From Oikopleura dioica (Eukaryota > Animalia > Chordata): a stretch of DNA of 64,000 bases. Each line of letters opens with the position of its first letter. Within the stretch, counting starts at the first letter, position 1. The stretch lies in NCBI GenBank assembly GCA_907165135.1, contig OU015566.1, positions 14,198,001 through 14,262,000 of the forward strand, read 5' to 3'. Shown piece after piece: positions 50,447 to 61,745 of this stretch. The position numbers and the translations under genes are program-made. The notes beneath the pieces were generated by a model, which made no database searches, was not told where the DNA came from, and saw nothing but the letters and a program-made list of their open reading frames with translations.

Positions 50447-52423
50447 ATGTCGAAATTTGAAGTTTTGAAAGACCTGTCGAGAGGAATCCGGGCATTTCAA
50501 CAACTCGTTGAGCTTGACAAAAATGAGCAGGGCGCAAAAGTCGGTCAGAAATACACAGGCAGGGTGAAATCTGATTTCTTATGAACGAGGGAATGTTATC
50601 ATGAATCCTCATTTTTCATCTTAGAGCTCAGAAGTCAGAAAACTGGTCACGAGCTGGCTGAATTCGATTCAATCCCTGGAGTCGCCAAATGATCTTGCGC
50701 GGCTGGAAAAAGCAGCAGCTCCGCTTTGGAAAATCTTCTTTAAAACAGTGGACGAATTTATTACTCTCCGATTGACAAGAACGACGAAAGTCGAGGAAGT
50801 AGAAGATCTGGACAAAGATTGTTTGAAGAACTTGAGCAAGTTGATCTTTGAGCGGAATCAAGCAACCGAAGTGGAACTGAAAGATGATAATGGAAACTTG
50901 AGTCCTTGGGACTCGAGTAGAATTTCGGAAGTTCTCGCAGAGAATCTCCATGTGACTCTGATGGAGCAACTCGTCGAAGTGCTCGAAAGCGAAACGGCGG
51001 AGAAAAACTGGGAGCCCGTGCTAGAATCGCTCGTTCACGCTCGTGACCTGGCAATCGTCATTTTTTATTCGAACGAAAATGTTGCTGCGAAGTCTGTTCC
51101 AGGCGAAGAGCCGAGAAAGCAGAGAATATCCCTCGAAGTTCGCGGCCAAAGCGGCCGATTCATCGATGTTCTCTTGGAAAAAGTGAAGAAGGGGCTTGAA
51201 GACATCAACTTGGAAGTCCCTGTTTTCAGACAAAAGACGAATTTGCCCATGGAAATTGTCGACTTGCTCGCTGCGATTCAAGAGCGAAACGAATACGATC
51301 AGAAAATGTCGCTTTTTCATCGAAAACGCGCGGAATTATTCAGTTCGCTCGATCGAGAGTCCTTCGCGCCAAGCTCAACTTTCGTTACGAGCTTCATCGA
51401 GCTGGTAAAGACGCTAGAATTCATCCTCGAGCGAGATCCTTCGCAAGGATTGATGATGACCGAGTCGGTTCTGGACTTGGCTTCGTTGATTTGTGATAAA
51501 ATGTCGATCGCGTTTGAAAACGGAGATTTGGAGCGCTTTTTCCGAATTCTTTTCGTCGAAATCAAAAGAATCTCAAGAGAACTGGACAGTTGCTGGAAAT
51601 GGATCGAACTGGCTCATGACAAAGCTGAGAAAGAACGAAAAGAGCGCCCTGGAGAACTTCTCTATGCCTCGACAGTTTTGAAAAAATACGCCGAGCTTCA
51701 AAAGACTCTGGCAAGCGAGAAGCAGGAAAATATTCGAAAATACTCCTCCTGGGTGACAGATACGATGCAAGAGCTGCTTGACGAGCATTTTCCAAAAGCA
51801 AAGTATTGGAAAAGCGCGAAGCCGCAGCATTCAGAGTGGTTTGTTGAAGTCAACGAGCAAATTTCCTGTTTGGTTGTTAGAAGTTGCAAAAACTATTCCA
51901 GTAAGAATCAGTCTTCTTTCAAAGAAACAGCTATTTTTCAGGCGATTTGCAATTGGATGCAATGCATATTCTTGCAAATGGTGTTATTGAAACTCTCATG
52001 AGCCACATGATCAAAACTGACTACAGGTAATTTCCCTGTCTCTAGAAATCCTGACCGATTCAGGTACTCCTTGCAAGGGGCAAAAGCTTTGTCAGATCAC
52101 GTGATGGGCATCCACGATGCAATCCGCGACAGAGAAGAGCTCGACGAGGAAATCGTTGACCGCCTTGGAACTTCCCTCCCGTTTCTGCGCATTTTCATCG
52201 TTTGCAGAATTCTTTCTGACCCTGGGATTCCCGACCACGCCGGTAAATGTCTTTTTTAATCAAGCAGCTTATTTGATAAGCTATTTTTATAGGCTCACAC
52301 GCGATCGTAGCGCCGTTGGATCAGGAGCTCGAAGAGAGAGTGCGAAAATACGGGCTTGATAAAAACCAGTGGGTGAATTTAAGAGCCAACCAAAAATCAA
52401 ACTGTTTGACATTTTGCAGATAA
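50447..52423 (+). CDS. CCDC142: CCDC142-like CATCHR-type helical protein
   Basis: FPKAKYWK...HSEW and MSHMIKTDYRYSLQGAKALSDHV (cf. MPRGRYWR...PSEY and LDHILTHGIRFSLQGALQLKQDF), with C-terminal NQWVNLR. Confidence 0.55.
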
Positions 52424-52563
52424 AAAATCCTTTTTCCGTTTTGCCTTTTTTCTTTTCTTACTTCTTCAACCCTTTCACTTTCAAAATTGCGTTTTTGCTT
52501 CAAGTCTTTCTTTTCAGAATTATAGTTTTATTTATTCTAAGTCAAAATAACTGTGAATTTCAG

Positions 52564-53446
52564 ATGAATTTTGCCAATCTTCTTGAAGCAAAGGATGAAC
52601 CTTTCGTCGTCAAAATGGAAAAGGACAGCGAAGAGGAGGATGACGATGAAGACCAATTCCACGTGGCGAACAAGAATCCTGAACAACTTCTTGGAGAAAC
52701 AGAGAAAGAAAAAATGGTAGAGTTGATTCGCTCAGAGCTGGGCTGCCGATCCAAGACTATATTTCAAGGTAACTTTTGTCAATTTCTTCTTCTTTCAAAA
52801 TCCATCAGAATGCAAAGATACAGTCCGACTGGCGGGAAAAGCAACAATCGACTTAGAAATTAAGCTCGAAATGGCTAAAGATGATCACGTGATTGAAAAC
52901 CATTTTGACAACAAAACCCCTGCCAGTTACAAGGGGCTTTTGACGAAGAAAGAGTCACCTGGGACAAATCACTGCACGGAAAATCACTTCTTCAAGAAAC
53001 TACCTCCCTGGGTTGTGAAACAATTGCAAGTTCACGGACTCAAACATGTTCTTTACAAATTCAAGTACGCTTCATCTTTGCTTTTAAGTTTTAAAAAGTA
53101 ATTTAGCTCCCCCGCGGATTTATCCCTTGCCAAGCTTGAGCCCTTCGGATCCATCGCCGTCGCCTTCCTCATCAGTCAAATCGGCCTGTACGACATCGTC
53201 GGACCCGAAATGTTCGTATCCGGCTTCAACCAGCTCTACCGTCGATTCTTCACGAGCCCACCAGGCGCTGCAGAAGAAACCCTGCCGTTGAACCACCCTG
53301 CTCGCGGCTTCAACTGTCTCACTCTCGATGTAAACGGAGAAGTGGAATTTCTCAAGGGCAAAAATCGTCACTCCCTTTACAAGTCACAATGCTTCAATTT
53401 CATCGCTCAACTGCCTGATTCTTCAGATTCTTCAGATTCTGACTAG
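52564..53446 (+). CDS. Hypothetical protein
   Basis: TTCAG|ATG start, three exons with GT-AG borders, acidic N-terminus. No family recognised. Confidence 0.55.
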
Positions 53447-53615
53447 CTCTTTTGAATCTTCTTTTCTACTAGTTCCAATAATTGAAAACGCAGAGAATAA
53501 AAAACCGACCCTTTTTCCGAAAATTAATTTGTTTTGTTTCAAAGCAATAAATATATTTGCAGGGAGAAGAAGAATGGATTATATACAATAAAACACTGTA
53601 ATGGAGAAAGGCAGT

Positions 53616-55206
53616 TCATGATAAATTGGGCACAGTGAAATTGAGTGTTTTGAAATTCAGGAAGTTTTCTTTCCAAACAGTTTGCTTCTCATTTCGCATT
53701 TTTCGAACTTTTGTTTGAATGGTTTTCATATTTTGAGCATCGCATTTGAAATTTTCGGAAATGAGGTCGGCAAAAGCAGATCGCATGAAATCGCTGTCGA
53801 TGACTTTGTGGGTGATGGCCAAGCCCCGGGTCGCGCAGGTGTCGTGGACGGAAAAGTTCTCCATGAGTCCCATGCAAATTCCTTCCGATCGCGCCATGTT
53901 CTGACCTTTGCCGATCTTCTCAATCAGCATCCCAGTCCAGGTATCATCAAGCGGTATCACCAGCTTCTCCTCTCTCGCCGCTTTCGCCACAGCTCTTGTA
54001 AACTCACCAGTCGTTAAAAATCCACCACCGGACATGTAGCGCGGCCATTTTGGCTTTCCATAGACTTGTTTTGGAATGAAGTACTTTATCTTCGGATTTC
54101 TGCAAACTGGCTCAGCCTCTTTTTTGCATCCAATTGCTTCGATTGAAGGGGAGGATTTGATTTTGGAGATTTCGTTGATGAGATTTTGAGGCACTACCAA
54201 GGTATCGTCATCGCCCATAAAAACGAAATCAGCGGTAAAGCATTTATCTTCCATGAAACGCCACAAAGCCAAGAATTTGTAAGGCATAACATATTGATTC
54301 TCCACAAAGTCCGAAATCAAGAGATCATCATGTTCTCTCATTTCTTCTGTCAGATCTTCGTCACTTTTCAGGCCAATGATGAAGACGACTTTGATCTGGA
54401 ATCCAAGTTGCTTCCAAAGATCTGGATTGAGCCAAGTGTCGCGAATGGATTGTCGGAAATCGGCGGCGCCAGGCATTGACTTGATTCCGAAGAGGATGGA
54501 TTCTCCTGATTCGCTGGAATTGTCGAAATTGCAAGTTGATGGAGAGTGAAGCGTCGTAAATTTCAGTGAAGGGTTGTATTCCAGTAGCTTGTTGACATGT
54601 GAAAATTGGCCATTGTAAATGCATCTTCCATCCGGTCGCCGAAATCGCTGACCTCTCAAGTCTTTATAATTCCGCTCTAGAATGTCAATGTTAATCATGA
54701 ACTCTTCTTTCAGCGGATCATTGCATTTCTCCAAGTTTAGTATCCACGAATGTTGCCCACTAGTACCGGCATCTGTTTTGGGACCGACACGAAGCTCGAA
54801 GTCTCCATTTTCTCGCGTTATTCCAACGCAGTCATCGGTTTTTTTGCACTGTTTCTTTGCTTCTTCGAGACTTTTCGTGTGGTTTATTTTACGACCAGAA
54901 ATGTAAGTATTCGGAAAAAATTTCCAATCAGGATCGTTGTTCATTGTTTCAAGCAGAAAGTGGTCAATTCGACTTGTTAGCTCATCGAGGGAAGATTGAA
55001 GACTTTCCACTTCTTTGAGCACATATTCTTCATCGTCTTTTTCTCCTTCATAAAAAACTTCTTCTTTGAAAGCCAAGTATCGAACATCAGGCGAAATCGA
55101 TTTGCCGGAAATAACGACTAACTGAATTTAAAATTTCGAGAAAATTGAGTCTTCAAATACTTACAATAGGCAAGCAGCAGATGATTCCAAGAAGGCCTAT
55201 CTTCAT
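53616..55206 (-). CDS. GT31 beta-1,3-glycosyltransferase (B3GNT/B3GALT-like), paralog 1
   Basis: Exon 1 MKIGLLGIICCLPI, then FRQSIRDTW, VVFIIG, DxD motif GDDDT, KYFIP..YMSGGGF, and LDDTWTG. Confidence 0.88.
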
Positions 55207-55319
55207 CGTTGTCTCTTTTCCCAGATTCCAAATCATTCTTTTTAGCTATTTTTGTTTTATATTTTTTTGGTGAAGGAAAGTATTATTGAGTTTTTATGTT
55301 GGAATGAAGCGTTTTGCTC

Positions 55320-55499
55320 TTATATAGGGAGTCCGAGTCAACCAGATGTTCCAAAGGCGCTAACTATAGCAACGAAATCTACCCGTATTATCTACCTCGC
55401 ACAGATTTGATAAGAGTTATGCACCTGATTATCTGACTGTTGCAATCAAGATCAATTTACCGCCTTTGGAACACCTGGTTGACCTTTGCTGCCTATAAA
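55320..55499. promoter_or_regulatory. Back-to-back TATA boxes of a divergent promoter
   Basis: TATATAA on the minus strand (55320-55326) and TATAAA on the plus strand (55494-55499), each about 90-115 nt upstream of its GT31 ATG. Confidence 0.5.
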
Positions 55500-55581
55500 G
55501 GAGCTTCCTTCGACCTAAAAAATTGTACAACGCCAAAATTGATAAAAAACAATGACTTGGAATCTGAGAAAAGAGACAACG

Positions 55582-57150
55582 ATGAAGATTTGCCTTCTTG
55601 GAATTATCTGCTGCCTGCCTTTTGTAAGTTTATGAAGACCTTGATATTCATTAAAATTTTTAAATAAGTTGCTCACTATTTCTGGCAAATCAAGATGTTT
55701 TGACGCTCGATACTTCAAGAAAGCAGTCTTTTATGAAGCAGCAACTTACGATGAAGTGGCCGAGAAAGTGGAAAATCTACACTCTTCTGCGAATGAGCTT
55801 ACAAGTCGAATAGACCAGATGAGCAACGATACCGATTGGAAGCTTATTCCGAATACCAAAATCTTTGGTCGTACAATTGACCGCGTAAAAAGTCTCGAGG
55901 AAGCAAAAGAACAGTGCAAAATAACCGATGAATGCATCGGAATAACGCGAGAAAATGGAGGATTTGAGCTTCGAGTCGGTCCCAAAACAGGCGCAAGTAC
56001 AAGTGACCAGCATTCCTGGATGATGAGCTTGGAAGAATGCGATGATCCGTTGAAAGAAGAGTTCATGATTAACATCGACCTTCTGGAACGAAATTATAAA
56101 GAATTGAGAGGACAGCGGTTTCGCCGACCGGATGGAAGATGCATTTACAATGCTCAATTTTCGCACATCAACAAGCTACTGGAATTCAACCCTTCGCTCA
56201 ATTTTTCGACGCTACACTCTCCATCAACTTGCAACTTCGACAATTCCAGCGAATCAGGAGAAACCATTCTTTTTGGAATCAAGTCAATGCCTGGCGCCGC
56301 CGATTTTCGACAATCCATTCGCGACACTTGGCTCAATCCTGATCTTTGGAAGCAACTTGGATTCCAGATCAAAGTCGTCTTCATCATCGGCCTGAAAGGT
56401 GACGAAGATCTGGAGGAAGAGATGAAAGAACATGACGACTTGCTGGTCGCTGACTTTGTGGAGAATCAATTTGTCATGCCCTACAAATTCAAGGCATTCT
56501 GGGCTTTTATGGAGGAAAAATGCTCTAATGCTGATTTCATCTTCCAGGGTGATGACGATACCCTAGTAGTGCCCCAAAATCTCATCAACGAAATCTCCAA
56601 AATCAAATTCTCTCCTTCAATCGAGGCAGTCGGCTGCAAACACGGAGAGGGTGCACCAGCCGTCAGAAATCCAAAGGACAAATACTTCATTCCAGATCAA
56701 ATCTACCCAAAGTCGACTTATCCGCGCTACATGTCGGGAGGCGGATTTTTGACTACTGGTGAATTCACGAGAGCCCTGGCGAAAGTGGCGAGGGAAGAAG
56801 AAAAAGTGATGCCATTTGATGATACTTTTACTGGGACGCTGATTGAGAAGATCGGCAAAACTGAGAACATGGTTCGATCGGAAACAATTTGCATGGGACT
56901 TCAGGAGCAGTTCTCCGTCCACGACACCTGCGCGACCCGGGGCCTGACCATCACCCACAAAGTCATTGACAGTGATTTCATGCGATCTGCTTTTGCTGAG
57001 CTCAACTCCGAAAAGTTCAAATGTGATGCTCTAAAGATGAAAGCGACTCAAGGAAGACTACGAAGAAAACGAATCGAGGAGAGAACTGCTTGGGAAGAAA
57101 ATTTCATGAAATTCAAGGAAGTTAACTTCACTGTGCCAAATCGATCATAA
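55582..57150 (+). CDS. GT31 beta-1,3-glycosyltransferase (B3GNT/B3GALT-like), paralog 2
   Basis: Exon 1 MKICLLGIICCLPF and the same GT31 motifs (RQSIRDTW, QGDDDT, YPRYMSGGG, FDDTFTG). The 5'UTR is nearly identical to paralog 1. Confidence 0.88.
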
Positions 57151-57363
57151 ACTGCCGCAATATTTGATTTCCTGTAAATATATATATAGCCCAAAGATTT
57201 CGCTGTATTCAATAGAAGACTAGAAGAAGTTTAGAGTTTATGGAAAAATATAGACTAGGTCAAGTCATTGTTTTTTTCTATACCGGAAGCTTTTTATTTG
57301 CGTTCCTTTAAAATCGACTTGCAAGTCTATCCATCTTCAAGTCTATCGTAAACGAGAGCAGAA

Positions 57364-58017
57364 ATGACAGTCAGCGAGGAAAGAGAGCTTTTTCAATTTT
57401 ACGCGATGCTATACCGTGACATTCGAATCCAGCGATTCAACCGCTCGCCAGATCATATTTCTCAGTCAGTCCCAATGAGGATTCTTCAAAATGTAAGAGA
57501 GTGCAAGACTGTTATTTCTCCCAAACTTCTTGGCTACACTCTCGGTTTTCACACTCTCGTTTTTCTCTTCGTCAATGAACATGGAGAGATTGGCGACTTG
57601 GGAGAGTCTATTGGGAAAAATTGGGCAGGGGAGTTTTTCAAAGGTACTCTTCCTTGATTTCAAGATTGTGAAACCTTTTTTGAAGCTTTTGAAGAAGGAC
57701 AGAACGATTACAAATTCGCCAATTTAAAGCTTCCAAACTCTTTCGCCGAAGAATCTTCTTCCTTGATCACAAACTCCAACGAACTCTCCTTGCGAAGAGT
57801 TCAATCAGAAGGCGTCCTAGTCAAGAAGTTGTCAATAAAGCTCGAGAAACAGCTCAACAGCTCAAACAGCTCAAGAAGAAGACTGAAAACTGAGTCGGGC
57901 GAGAAAAGAAGAAGAGGGAGATCCCCATCGCTTAGCTTAAAAATCAGCGAGAAATTTAGCAAAGTCAACAAAAGTATTCAATCGAGTTTCCGCTCCTTTA
58001 TTCCCTATCAATTCTAA
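57364..58017 (+). CDS. Hypothetical protein
   Basis: Adjacent open frames with plausible splice sites and no recognised domain. Confidence 0.25.
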
Positions 58018-58019
58018 TT

Positions 58020-59930
58020 CTATAAAATATAAACACTGTTCGAAAAGGGCAGAAATTTTTTACTCTTCCATTGTTGAAAATTTGGAGTTTCGATGTTGAT
58101 GATGAAGGGGAAGGCTTTTGTAGCGATTGATCGTGAGTTTTTTCCGGTCTTTGTAGAATGGGTCTTTTTGCAGTTTTTCCCGGAGGCTTGCGGATACAGC
58201 AGGCATTCTAGCTTCAGTGAGATTGATGTCGGAAGGAGGAACTTACCGTATTTCGTAGGTGGAGTTAAAGTTCGAATGATCAGCAGTGAAATGATGCTGC
58301 GATTGAAAGAGCATCGGCATGAATCGAAAGCCCTTATTTTTTTTGAAATTGATTAGTAATTCATGAATTTTATTTCCTACCCATTTTGTCTCTGTGTTCA
58401 AGTAGCTCGTGCGCGCTTGACAGATCATTCCGGTTGATTCAACAATGCCTTCTAAAATGACGATGATTTCAAAGTGCTTCTGGTTGATGTCTTCTTCTGA
58501 CATTTCCCAGAGCGGTGACTTTTCGTTGATTTCATGGCAGACAATTAGCGGCTGAAAAAATGTCATCCATAAAACTTTCCATAGGAGTTTCCTATGACCC
58601 ATCAATCGCTTACTGTAACCAGGAAGAGTTTGTCAGCTCCGGTGTCGAATCCTACGTTCATGTCTGTTTGCATAAGTGGAATAAATTCGCCCTCTGTTGT
58701 TTGCTTGTTTTTCACGAACTTAGCCCGAATTCTGCACTGAACAATCAAGGAGCTACGCAAGTTTCCCACCCGAAACATCAGACAATATTTTCCATCGCGC
58801 TGAAAGCATGTTCTCAAATGTTAGCGGAAACCGCGCCTACTTGAGAAATGACAGCATCGGTGCTAAAGATGAGTGTGTCCGTTCGATTTGTGGGTTTTGA
58901 GAGCTTGATGAAAATACAACCGACCATTACGGCGTCCACAAATGTTCCGATCAAGCATTGGATCACGAGGGCGAGCACAGCCTCTTGAAATTGAGATTAC
59001 GAGTCTTTGAAGCACTGTGTTGATACTGTACCTGGGCAGTTAGACTGTATGTTTCTCCGGCCGTAGCCGACGGTCGTTTCTGTTTCGAGAAAGAAGAGAA
59101 AAGCAGTCAAATAGCTTCGAACTCCGACGAAACACAAAGAATGGCGCTTGGCAACTGCTTGGGTTTTTCAAATTCTCTTCCTTGATTTCAAAAAAGAACC
59201 CAAAACCCAGTCCCGATCACCTCCGCATTTCGTTTGCCAATGCCAAGCGACAAAAGCCCTTCAAGAGGAAACATTTCCAGCGCATTTGTAACTTCATGAT
59301 CTGGCATTATTTGCGGCTCCCCAGTTTCGTTGTAAAAAATAACCTTTGATCGAATTTCTTTCACTGCTTTATAAAAAAGCAGATCTCCGCGAAAATGAGC
59401 AATGACCCAGTAAACTCCGGAGAAAAGCAGCCACGTGATTGCATAAAAACTGAGGATACTAGAGAGTTTCGTTGATTTTTGCCTTACCTGAGAAAAACTC
59501 CAAGAGAATAGGTCCATTTCAGGTCGACTAGAGTCGTGAAAAAGTCCTGCAAAAACCGCTTCGTTTTCTCTTTTGCATCGTGGCGGATATTGCACTCGCC
59601 ACTTTTCGTCATGAATCTTGGTCGCTTGGACATTCTCTTGGAAACTGTCGGAGTTCTACCCATTCTCCTCGTATTTTATTGCTCGTGGCCTGCCAATACT
59701 GCTTAAAATGACTTCTATGCGGTTAATCTCTTGCCATAAAATATTGAATCTTAAAATGGTCGGACTAGGCGCCGATTGAAAACGATTGTGCATTACTGTC
59801 GTTCCATTTATCTCAAGGTCGCTGTCTAATGATCGCGAAAAAAGAAAGGGTTGATGATTAGTGCGCTGCATTCTGAAACGATTTTCTTTTTGACCTTCAC
59901 CAATGTCAACCGTATTCGTTCGATTCAAGG
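58020..59930 (-). CDS. KCNJ: Inward-rectifier K+ channel, Kir3/GIRK-like
   Basis: [22 protein letters not shown], pore [20 protein letters not shown]2 [24 protein letters not shown], and [24 protein letters not shown]. The N-terminal extent is uncertain. Confidence 0.92.
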
Positions 59931-60118
59931 GTCATTTTTGTCGATGACAGTATCTAACATTACACTTATTCGTGTCACTTTGTCATAGTAACGCATATTC
60001 ACTGCTTGAAGAAAAACCTCAAAAGAAGATTCTGAGTCAATAAAAAACGAGGCGTTCTTCAAACACCAGTTGCTATTTAATCTGCTTCGAGTTCTTTTCA
60101 CTCCCACAAATCTCAAAA

Positions 60119-60661
60119 ATGAAACTTTCCTTTCTTTTCGCTTCTTCCGCTCTCGCCGCCAATACGAGAGGCACGAACGGAGACGCAGCCGAATTGAAGA
60201 AAAATGGCTTGACTACTGAAATTCTTCACTTCAAAGTCCATGGCAAAGACGTCGACAAGTGGAACGAGCTTGATGATGAGATTTGGACGACTTACTTGGC
60301 CAAGCAAGACGGTTTTGTGAGAAAGACGACGAATGTGGACAGAACTTGCGATTTCACCAAAGCTTCCAACTGCGATGTTTATAGCCATGTCGACTGGGAA
60401 ACGTTCGACCAGTGGAAAGCTATCGATGAGAAAGAGCTTAACGATAAAACGAAGGTAAGATATCAGTATTAACTTCGTTCAAATGAGCATTTAAAGGAAT
60501 TCGACGACGCTTGCGAAGCCGCTGGCATCACCCAAAAGATGGAAAATGCCGTTCCTCTTGGAACAACTGGACTTGCCGTCATTGCCTCGACGAGTTCCGC
60601 CGCATCTGTCACCGGGGCTCTTTTTGCTCTTGTCAGTTCCCTTGCTCTCTTCCATTTGTAA
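60119..60661 (+). CDS. Secreted, probably GPI-anchored protein with a TIGR03792-like (cyanobacterial ABM-fold) domain
   Basis: Signal peptide MKLSFLFASSALA. Domain EILHFKV...LDDEIWTTYLAKQDGFVRK...WETFDQWKAIDEKEL..|EF. One GT-AG intron after 60453. S/A-rich spacer plus hydrophobic tail GALFALVSSLALFHL*. Confidence 0.8.
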
Positions 60662-60693
60662 TTAAAAAAATTATCAATAAAAAGATTACAATT

Positions 60694-61714
60694 TTAATTT
60701 TCATCAAAGTCAGCAGCAAAAAGGTTGGTCGGAGCACCAAGCCATTCGTTTGTCTCTTTCAAGGTTTGCTTCTTGAGTTCTTCTTTCCAAATTTGCGAGG
60801 CATTTTCAATTTCTGTTGCTTCGGCGAGAATTCTAGCGACGATTTGCGCCATCTAAAATGATGCTTCACCATCCCTTCTCAGGACATTTTCTTACCTTGA
60901 AACCATCAACCGGATAAGTGACTGTATTTTCAATCCGCTTGAGCATTTCAATCACTCCATCGCGCCACATGATTTCTTTAAAATTGACGGCGAAAAGCTC
61001 CCAGAACTTCTCAAATTCTTTTTCTTCGAGGATTCTGTTGAAATTTCCGTCCAAATTGGTCAAAACAGTTCTTCCACAGGCGCCTTAAAATTGCATTCTA
61101 GCGCCTTTTCTTCAAACGAATTCCCCTCAAACCTGAAACTCCCGCGACAAAATGCAAAAACTCGTGCTTCGATAGTTGGTCGTTCATGTTTTTATCCACA
61201 TACGGCCAGAACTTGTCCGAAATCAAAGCGATATTGATCGGTACTTTGTTTTCCAAAATCTTCATGAAGTAATTTCCGCAAATGATCAAATTGTCTTTTG
61301 TTATAAAATCGCTCTTTTTCTTGTTGCAGAATTTCCACAGCTTTTCCAGCGCACTAGAATCATGATAAAAGCACGTAAAAAAGAATAAAAGAGGACTTAC
61401 TCTTTCGGGTAGTTTTGAAAAATCCTCGAAGAATCCTTGTTCGTCGGATCCCCCAAAATTCTGAAGATAATGTCCAACTCTGTCTCGTATCTTTCAACCA
61501 GCGCCCTCATCTTCATCTTCATTTCTCTCTCCCTCTTTTCATCCTTTTCTCTTTCGTCCAGCTGCATCTGCGCGTGCAAGTCTTCAGTAAGCGCGCTGAT
61601 GTAGCCTCGCATGTCTTGCATGATCTCGGATTCGAGGAAGAAGAGGACGTAGATGCTCGTAGAAATCCATAACGAAGAAAAGGCTAGGAGGTACTTTTGT
61701 CTTGTGGAAAACAT
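60694..61714 (-). CDS. Type II membrane protein with EF-hand motifs
   Basis: N-terminal TM YLLAFSSLWISTSIYVLFFL, coiled coil, and EF-hand-like DKNMNDQLSKHEF and DGNFNRILEEKEF. The 3' end is uncertain. Confidence 0.55.
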
Positions 61715-61745
61715 TGTTTATTGCGAAAAGAGGAAGGGGAAAAAG

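Noticed and set aside
59150-59400. Greatly enlarged extracellular M1-pore loop in the Kir channel
   Set aside because: An earlier phase-0 donor would make most of it intronic, and this cannot be decided without cDNA.
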